Below the pieces are notes generated by a model. The model saw only the letters and a program-made list of their open reading frames with translations. It ran no database searches and had not been told where the DNA came from. DNA of 64,000 nucleotides from an uncultured Thermococci archaeon (GTDB lineage Archaea > CAYQAE01 > CAYVLA01), in contig CAZJVP010000018.1 in the NCBI GenBank assembly GCA_964549615.1, positions 1 through 64,000 of the forward strand, in the 5' to 3' direction. The translations under genes and the position numbers were made by a program. Below, in pieces: positions 61,413-64,000 of this stretch (position 1 is the first letter of the stretch; each line of letters begins with the position of its first letter).

Positions 61413-61440
61413 CGCTCTACCGACGCCAAAAGGACTCGGA

Positions 61441-63015
61441 ATGGCCATGGCCAGGATACTCATTTGCGATCCTCTTCAAAAGAGGGCACTGGAAATCATG
61501 GGTGAGAGGCACCAAGTCGTCGATATGCCCCACATAACGAGGGAGGAGCTTCTGGAGAAGGTTGCGGACGTGGATGCCATCGTCGTGCGGGCAAGGACGA
61601 ACGTTGACTCGGAAGTCATCGCAAGGGGCAGAAGACTGAAAGTCATCGCCCGCGCTGGGGTCGGTACCGATAACATCGATGTTGACGCAGCAACTCAGAT
61701 GGGCGTGCTGGTGGTAAACTCGCCCGATCCCTCGATAAATGCCGTCGCGGAGCACACCTTCGCTCTGCTTCTTGGGGTGTGCAGGCGCATCGTCAAGGCC
61801 CACGAGAGCGCGAGGGCTGGGGAGGCCGGGAAAACGGAGTTGGTGGGTACTGAGATTTCGGGGAAGACGCTTGGTATCGTTGGGCTCGGTAGGATTGGCA
61901 CAAGGGTTGCCATGATCGCCAAGGGCTTCGGCCTCAACACGATAGCTGCCGACCCGTATGCATCCCCAGCATACGCGGAGAAGCATGGAGCGGAGCTGGT
62001 CGCATTGCACGAACTGCTCAAGAGGTCGGACTTCGTAACCCTGCACGTTCCGCTCACCGACTCGACCAGGAATCTCATCGGCAAGCGAGAGCTCGATATG
62101 ATGAAGCCAACGGCCATCCTGATCAACACCTCAAGAGCCGGGATCGTCGACAACGATGCGCTGGTGGATGCCCTAAAGAGGAGGCGCATTGCCGGAGCAG
62201 GTCTTGACGTTTTCGATGAGGAGTGCGCAGAGGAGCTCGCTAGCCTCGAAAACGTGCTCATGACTCCCCACATCGGCGCGTCGACGAAAGAGGCCCAGAG
62301 CCAGATCGCGGAGCTCATCGCAACCGAGGTGGTGGACGCGCTCGAGGGAAAGCCGACTAGGAACCCCGTTAACATGCCCCACGTTGACAGGAAGGCGTTG
62401 GAACTCCTCCAGCCCTACCTGCATCTGACGGATAGGATGGTTCGCGTCGTATCCCGGTTCTTGGCGGGCAACCCCAACCTGATCTCGATTTCACTTTTCG
62501 GGGAGGCGAGCGAGATCGAGCACCCGGATTTCCTGCTTAGAAGCGTGGTGGTCGGAATCCTTTCGCCCTTCCATGAGGTGAACATTGTAAATGCGATGGC
62601 CACCGCCGACAGGATGGGGATCAAGACGGAGATTTCCAAGGGCACCGGAAGGGACTCCTACCTCAGCAGCATCGAGATCAAGATCGGAACCTCTGAGGAT
62701 ACGTACGCCATCAAGGGGGCCCTTGTCGATTCGGACAAGCCCAGGATAGTCGGGCTTCTGGGTTATGAGTTGGAGTTCGTGCCCGCTGGCCACATCCTCA
62801 TCACCCAACACATGGACGTCCCGGGCATGGTGGGCATGGTGGGTACGAAGCTGGGATCGGCGGGAGTAAACATCGCAACCATGCAGCTGGCAAGGAAGAG
62901 GATCGGCGAGCAGGCCATGATGGTGATTCAGACCGACAAGGAGGCGCAGGCCGACCTAGTCCAGGAGATAGGCAGGATCAAGGGGGTCTCCAAGGTCGTG
63001 GCAATGAGCCTATGA
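61441..63015 (+). CDS. serA: D-3-phosphoglycerate dehydrogenase (type I, with ASB and ACT domains)
   Basis: RAGVGTDNIDV, AVAEH, GLGRIG, TPHIGAST, DVPGMVG ACT domain; start at ATG61441 or 61447. Confidence 0.95.
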   Translation: MAMARILICDPLQKRALEIMGERHQVVDMPHITREELLEKVADVDAIVVRARTNVDSEVIARGRRLKVIARAGVGTDNIDVDAATQMGVLVVNSPDPSINAVAEHTFALLLGVCRRIVKAHESARAGEAGKTELVGTEISGKTLGIVGLGRIGTRVAMIAKGFGLNTIAADPYASPAYAEKHGAELVALHELLKRSDFVTLHVPLTDSTRNLIGKRELDMMKPTAILINTSRAGIVDNDALVDALKRRRIAGAGLDVFDEECAEELASLENVLMTPHIGASTKEAQSQIAELIATEVVDALEGKPTRNPVNMPHVDRKALELLQPYLHLTDRMVRVVSRFLAGNPNLISISLFGEASEIEHPDFLLRSVVVGILSPFHEVNIVNAMATADRMGIKTEISKGTGRDSYLSSIEIKIGTSEDTYAIKGALVDSDKPRIVGLLGYELEFVPAGHILITQHMDVPGMVGMVGTKLGSAGVNIATMQLARKRIGEQAMMVIQTDKEAQADLVQEIGRIKGVSKVVAMSL

Positions 63016-63744
63016 CTAATCCCAGATGCTCCTTATCCCTTTGTCCGAGATGAAGCTGCCCCTGTACCTTGAGAAGAAGGATGTCACCAGGTAGGAATCC
63101 GGGAACGGCGACTCGGGTTCCAAGATCGGCTTAGGTTGGACGGACAAGGATTCCGGCGTGACCACGTGAAAGCCCAGCAGCCTCCTCTGCTCCTGCACCA
63201 TCCTAAAAACCGCCCGCCCCAGCTTGTTATATATGGCGGCCTCTGGGTTCCCATATTTCGTCCGCCTTACGACGCTGCCATAGATCAGCAGACCGTGCCT
63301 GGGGCTTACGCCTAGCGAACCGGCGGTTCTGTAGCGCGTGAGCGAGAGGTACTCTTGGAGAAGATCATGCAGCCCGGGATTCAGATCTTTCACGATGAGG
63401 ACCTTCTCCCGCTCGACGGCGCTCCTGAATCTTCCCAAGGTCGCATCCGAACTGGACACCACCTCGTGGTCGGGTTTCAGATCGCACAGCCGTCGTATGT
63501 AGCTCTCAAGCTCCTGACACGCGTCCTCGAAACAGGCAATGATCGCACACTTTCCTTCCCCCAGGAACGTCCCCGTCACGTCGACCCTTACCGGCTCGGG
63601 AAGCTTGCTTGAGGGCATGATGATGTAGCTGAGATACGTCTTCCATTGATGGGTCGAGAGGGAATCGATGAACTCCAGTGCCTTTTCCTTTGGCCTCATG
63701 CGACCATCCGGCCCAACCATGTCCTGAAAGATTATTAAGTGCAT
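63016..63744 (-). CDS. Hypothetical protein
   Basis: 242-aa ORF abutting the serA stop; no family recognised. Confidence 0.65.
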   Translation of the reverse strand: MHLIIFQDMVGPDGRMRPKEKALEFIDSLSTHQWKTYLSYIIMPSSKLPEPVRVDVTGTFLGEGKCAIIACFEDACQELESYIRRLCDLKPDHEVVSSSDATLGRFRSAVEREKVLIVKDLNPGLHDLLQEYLSLTRYRTAGSLGVSPRHGLLIYGSVVRRTKYGNPEAAIYNKLGRAVFRMVQEQRRLLGFHVVTPESLSVQPKPILEPESPFPDSYLVTSFFSRYRGSFISDKGIRSIWD

Positions 63745-63807
63745 TTTCCCAACAACGGTAGAGTTCGGCAGAAGAGATCCCTCTTGATAGAAAGGATCCG
63801 TAGGCTG

Positions 63808-64000
63808 ATGGACGAAACGCAGTTCCAGCCAGCAAAGCTCGATAAGGAAACCGAGATGAAGCTGGGGCGGTACAAACTATCCTTTCAAGACCACCGCGAA
63901 GCCTATGACTTAGCAGCGCGGATCATCCGCGACATCGTGGCCTCGATCGAGTCCAAGTCCGGCAAGGACTACGAGGAGTTCAAGGAACTGATGGAGATGG
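63808..64000 (+). CDS. Hypothetical protein, truncated by window end
   Basis: Open frame MDETQFQPAKLDKETEMKLGRYKLSFQDHREAYDLAARIIRDIV... running to the edge; alternative start TTG63784. Confidence 0.6.
   Translation, partial: MDETQFQPAKLDKETEMKLGRYKLSFQDHREAYDLAARIIRDIVASIESKSGKDYEEFKELMEM

Noticed and set aside
61069-61440. 124-aa N-terminal extension of SerA, and short GTGTCC repeats at 61141-61162
   Set aside because: A TATA box and RBS sit just before ATG61441, where homology begins; the repeats are too short and few for CRISPR or a functional array.

Overview
GC-rich (roughly 60% by eye) chromosomal segment of an anaerobic archaeon. Evidence: an HMf-type histone, two TFBs, Gar1, GHMP-type shikimate kinase, TATA/BRE promoters and H4MPT/methanofuran/F420 enzymes. 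The lineage cannot be fixed from the sequence alone. The core is an archaeal Wood-Ljungdahl region in two operons. The + strand operon (23.8-33.7 kb) reads mtd, ftr, an HdrC-GltD/NfnB fusion, an HdrA-MvhD fusion, an FwdD-FwdB fusion, fwdA, fwdC; the window has no hdrB, fwdF/G, mcr or mtr. The - strand operon (39.7-50 kb) reads cooC, an FrhB/FpoF-like gene, cdhA, cdhB, cdhC, cooC, cdhD, cdhE, DUF166. Also present: a RACo corrinoid activator with a UroD/MtaA-family gene, aromatic amino acid and pyrimidine biosynthesis clusters, an ABC exporter, RNase Z, a Pat-type acetyltransferase, divergent presenilin-like and site-2 proteases beside tandem TFBs, and serA. Features missing from the ORF track are a 47-aa desulforedoxin, a decayed ATP-cone class II-like ribonucleotide reductase pseudogene and a probable GNAT remnant. 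The best candidate for an undescribed system is an HdrB-less, NAD(P)-linked HdrA electron-bifurcating module encoded together with formylmethanofuran dehydrogenase. I found no tRNA, rRNA, CRISPR array or mobile element. All family calls come from motif recognition, not database searches.
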